DNA of 61,969 nucleotides, the filler included, from Candidatus Woesearchaeota archaeon (GTDB lineage: Archaea > Nanobdellota > Nanobdellia > Woesearchaeales > BM511): the NCBI GenBank assembly GCA_023266675.1. It is 5 parts of 5 records of this genome, joined end to end, with 100 filler letters (N's around TTAATTAATTAA, not from the genome) between each part and the next. Parts side by side here need not be neighbours in the genome. Positions count along the whole stretch, not along the records: positions 54,083 to 61,969 come from JAHFPP010000061.1; 4 more parts are not named here. One strand, given 5' to 3'. The notes below the pieces were generated by a model. It saw only the letters and a list, made by a program, of their open reading frames with translations. It made no database searches and was not told the DNA's origin. Within the stretch, counting starts at the first letter, position 1. Every line of letters begins with the position of its first letter. Positions 59,128-61,969 of the stretch are shown here, piece by piece. The position numbers were made by a program, and so were the translations under genes.

Positions 59128-60078
59128 TTAATATTCCAGTGCAGTCCTTGCTTCAATTAAGTCAAGCAGTATTTCAAGGATTTGGTACATTGAAACTGCT
59201 ATTATGGCTTCTTTTGTTTTAATGGAGTTTGGCAAATCTTTTACAAGTCTGTCAACAACGTATCTGTCATTGTTTATATCTACCATCTTTAGCTTATCAT
59301 AACTATAAAATAACTCATGGTACTTTATTATATCCTCATTAATCTTCTCTAGGATCTTGATAACTTCTTTAGTCAATTTATGGTTGTACTCTATAAGTTC
59401 CCGTGAGGCATACAATATTATGTCCATAATTCTGTCAAATGACGCGACGATGTGGTAATAATATGATGTTTTTCTTGGCTCAACATATCCGACCTTGTTA
59501 AGGGTTCGCAGGCAGTAACTTATGAACCTGATTATGTTGTCATGCTTCTCATTTATTGTTTCAAACAAAAACGTGTTGTTTGTTTTTGCGCCTTCAATAA
59601 ATTCTTTGCTTGCGTCAAGCAGTAGAAAAAACACTCTTCTTAAAATCTGATCAAATTCTTTTTCTGAAATGCTCTGCAGGTCTTTTATTATGCATGACTT
59701 CTCTCTTTCCTGGATTATTTCAAAACCAATAAGCCTGTTTACTTCTGAATGAATTACAGAAATTACTTTCAATTGTTTTCTCTCTCTTTGGTACATGCAA
59801 AATGGATTGTCAAATTTTAAGTTAATTATATCATATCCACTTCTATAAAAACCTCTGATGGCATAAATTACGGCTGTTCTGTCTAAGGACGTGATATCAA
59901 AATCTATCTCTAGCGGTTTTACTTTGTCCTCAGAACTAATTATTATCTTGTTGCCTTCTTCAAACACTTCAAGCTCCATGCCCTGCTTAATCTCTTTCTC
60001 CTTAACCCATTTGCTGGGGAGTGAAATTATATATGTCGATGGACCGTGCTTTACAACTTTTCGCTTCATAGAGAACAA
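59128..60078 (-). CDS. AbrB-PhoU phosphate uptake regulator-like protein
   Basis: RKVVKHGPSTYIISLPSKW, Y.SGYD, LIGFEII, helical PhoU-like C-terminus. Confidence 0.85.
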   Translation of the reverse strand: MFSMKRKVVKHGPSTYIISLPSKWVKEKEIKQGMELEVFEEGNKIIISSEDKVKPLEIDFDITSLDRTAVIYAIRGFYRSGYDIINLKFDNPFCMYQRERKQLKVISVIHSEVNRLIGFEIIQEREKSCIIKDLQSISEKEFDQILRRVFFLLLDASKEFIEGAKTNNTFLFETINEKHDNIIRFISYCLRTLNKVGYVEPRKTSYYYHIVASFDRIMDIILYASRELIEYNHKLTKEVIKILEKINEDIIKYHELFYSYDKLKMVDINNDRYVVDRLVKDLPNSIKTKEAIIAVSMYQILEILLDLIEARTALEY

Positions 60079-60205
60079 AATAATTGACTAACATATAAAT
60101 TTAACTGATTGCATATGCTTTTTTTATTAAATATGTATATCCTCATATGTATATGCATAAAGCAAGGAATAGATATATATAAGGTCTAAACATATAGATA
60201 TTTAG

Positions 60206-60292
60206 CCGGGAGGCAAAATATGCCTTATTATTTATTCTTCTCGGAGAGGGAGGTGGCCTTTAATCACCCGAATGGTTAAAGGCGTTTTCCCG
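60206..60292 (+). other. Candidate structured RNA or small ORF (60220-60279, 19 aa)
   Basis: Upstream TATA; stems CCGGGAGG/CTTCTCGG and GCCTTTAATCA/TGGTTAAAGGC; SD GGAGG then ATG. Confidence 0.4.
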
Positions 60293-60320
60293 CGACATTC
60301 TAAAAAGAAATTAATAACTA

Positions 60321-60478
60321 CGTGGAGTTGTGCAGAAAATCATTATTGCCTTTGTTTGTGAGCATCTTCTATTGAACTTCTGACAAAAAGGAGGTTCCAT
60401 GAGGAATTTTTGTCATCTAAAAATGTTTTAGAATGCGAACTGGCAATGATAGCGTTAGCGATTTCTGCACAACTCCCG
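60321..60478. mobile_element. 158-bp MITE
   Basis: TIR GGAGTTGTGCAGAAA / TTTCTGCACAACTCC, flanked by direct repeat TAACTA (60315-60320, 60479-60484). Confidence 0.75.
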
Positions 60479-60507
60479 TAACTAATTAAATTATACGAAG
60501 ATAACCA

Positions 60508-61962
60508 CTAATAACTTTTTGCAAATAATGCAACAACTTTTGCGTCTTTTCCGCAGAAAATGCATTTTTGTCCATGCTTTACATGGCTGTTGAATGGAAT
60601 GTTTAGTGACTTTACGCCATTTGATTTGTCTTTTAGTGTTTCTTCACACCGCTTTTCATTACAAAAATCAGCTTTTGCAATCTTTTTGTTTTCAATAACT
60701 GCCATGAACTCATTGTGGTCTTTAGATTCTTCAATGCTGTCTTTTGCAAGTTTTTCAGCGTTAGAATATAATTTATGATGAATGTCTTCAAGCGTCTCTT
60801 TCACTCGCTTATGTAGGTCGTCAAGCTTTACAAACTCTTTCTCTCCAGTGTCACGTCTAACCATGACTGCATGGCCTTTCTCCATGTCTTTTGGTCCAAA
60901 CTCAATTCTTATTGGAACACCTTTCATCTCCCATTCATGATATTTGTATCCTGGGGTGTACTCATTCCTTAAATCTAATTCCACTCTGACGCCTTTCAGC
61001 GATTTTTTTAGTTCTTCGCATTTTTCTAAAAGCTCTTTTTTTGTTTTTTCAAATATTATTGGAACAATAACTGCCTGTATTGGTGCGGCGTGCGGCGGCA
61101 AAACAAGCCCTTTATCGTCAGAATGCATCATTATTGCAATTCCTATGGTTCTTGTTGTAAAACCCCAGCTGTTTTGGTAAGCGTATTCTTTTTCGCTTTT
61201 TTCGTTTAGAAAAGAGATGTCAAATGCTTTTGAAAAGTTTTGTCCAAGATAGTGCGATGTGCACCCCTGTATCGCCTTGTTGTTAGGTAAAAATATTTCA
61301 GCTGACAATGTGTAGTCTGCGCCTGCAAACTTTTCATTCTCACTTTTTCGCCCAAGTATTGATGGCAGCGCAAGAACATCTTTAAGTGTTTTAGCATAAA
61401 CATTTTCCAATATGTCAAGCGCTTCTTCTTCAGCTTCTTTTTGTGAAGCAAACACTGTGTGTCCTTCCTGCCATAAAAATTCTCTTGTTCTTAAAAATGG
61501 TACAGCGTGCTTAAACTCCCATCTTACAACTGAGCACCATTGATTTATTTTTAGAGGCAAATCCCTGTGACTTCTAATCCATTTCTTATAAGCGTCATAC
61601 ATTATTGTTTCTGATGTTGGCCTTATTGCGAGCCGTTCACTAAGTTTAGTATTACCTGCATGAGTTACCCACGCGACTTCAGGCGTAAATCCCTCAACAT
61701 GGTCTTTTTCTTTTGTCAAAAGCTTTTCAGGAATTAAAAGCGGGAAATACGCATTTTTAACGCCTCTCTCCTTAATTAAGTGGTCAATATGCTTTTGAAT
61801 CTCTTCCCAGATAGCGTAAGAGTATGGTATAAAGACTATGCATCCTGAAACGTCTGTGTATTCAATAAGCTCTGCACGCTGGATTATTTGAGTGTACCAC
61901 TCGCTGAAATCTTCTGATTTTTTTACAGTTATTCCAAGTTGCTTTTCAGTTTCTTTTACCAT
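60508..61962 (-). CDS. proS: Proline--tRNA ligase (archaeal/eukaryotic type)
   Basis: FSEWY, IRPTSET, FLRTREFLWQEGHT, SHYLGQNFSKAF, SWGFTTR, C-terminal AKSY. Confidence 0.98.
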   Translation of the reverse strand: MVKETEKQLGITVKKSEDFSEWYTQIIQRAELIEYTDVSGCIVFIPYSYAIWEEIQKHIDHLIKERGVKNAYFPLLIPEKLLTKEKDHVEGFTPEVAWVTHAGNTKLSERLAIRPTSETIMYDAYKKWIRSHRDLPLKINQWCSVVRWEFKHAVPFLRTREFLWQEGHTVFASQKEAEEEALDILENVYAKTLKDVLALPSILGRKSENEKFAGADYTLSAEIFLPNNKAIQGCTSHYLGQNFSKAFDISFLNEKSEKEYAYQNSWGFTTRTIGIAIMMHSDDKGLVLPPHAAPIQAVIVPIIFEKTKKELLEKCEELKKSLKGVRVELDLRNEYTPGYKYHEWEMKGVPIRIEFGPKDMEKGHAVMVRRDTGEKEFVKLDDLHKRVKETLEDIHHKLYSNAEKLAKDSIEESKDHNEFMAVIENKKIAKADFCNEKRCEETLKDKSNGVKSLNIPFNSHVKHGQKCIFCGKDAKVVALFAKSY

Positions 61963-61969
61963 TTTAATT

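Noticed and set aside
60200..60480. SRP RNA or RNase P RNA
   Set aside because: No SRP helix-8 or RNase P P4 consensus recognised; the larger part is better explained as a MITE.

Overview
AT-rich archaeal sequence, probably a DPANN (Woesearchaeota-like) MAG. This is inferred from archaeal-type GluRS, ProRS, Elp3, RtcA and A-type ATPase, BHB tRNA introns, TATA promoters and a PGF-pre-PGF-like surface protease. The window joins five contigs with artificial N-TTAATTAATTAA-N linkers (8506-8605, 17062-17161, 25454-25553, 53983-54082), so adjacency across them means nothing. Coding content: ABC transporter, arginine decarboxylase and carboxynorspermidine pathway, KimA-like transporter, glycosyltransferases, VapBC, a 56-aa histone missed by the ORF track, P-type ATPases, a full A/V-ATPase operon (H-I-K-E-C-F-A-B-D), a copper cluster, RNA methyltransferases, SOD, RtcA and ProRS. 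The most unusual signals are non-coding. (1) Two divergent tRNA genes have a serine-type body (long variable arm, G73) but GAA (Phe) in the anticodon position. Each is preceded by a shared promoter module and a degenerate copy of its own 5' half. (2) One family of short hairpin elements occurs both as tRNA introns and as intergenic insertions. (3) In the ATPase operon, such insertions duplicate start regions, and three leave open uORFs ending at the new start codon. Also notable: a minimal family-A-polymerase-like ORF next to a SpoU methylase, and a GT4/PIG-L/PurD-like trio. All calls were made by eye; no searches were run.
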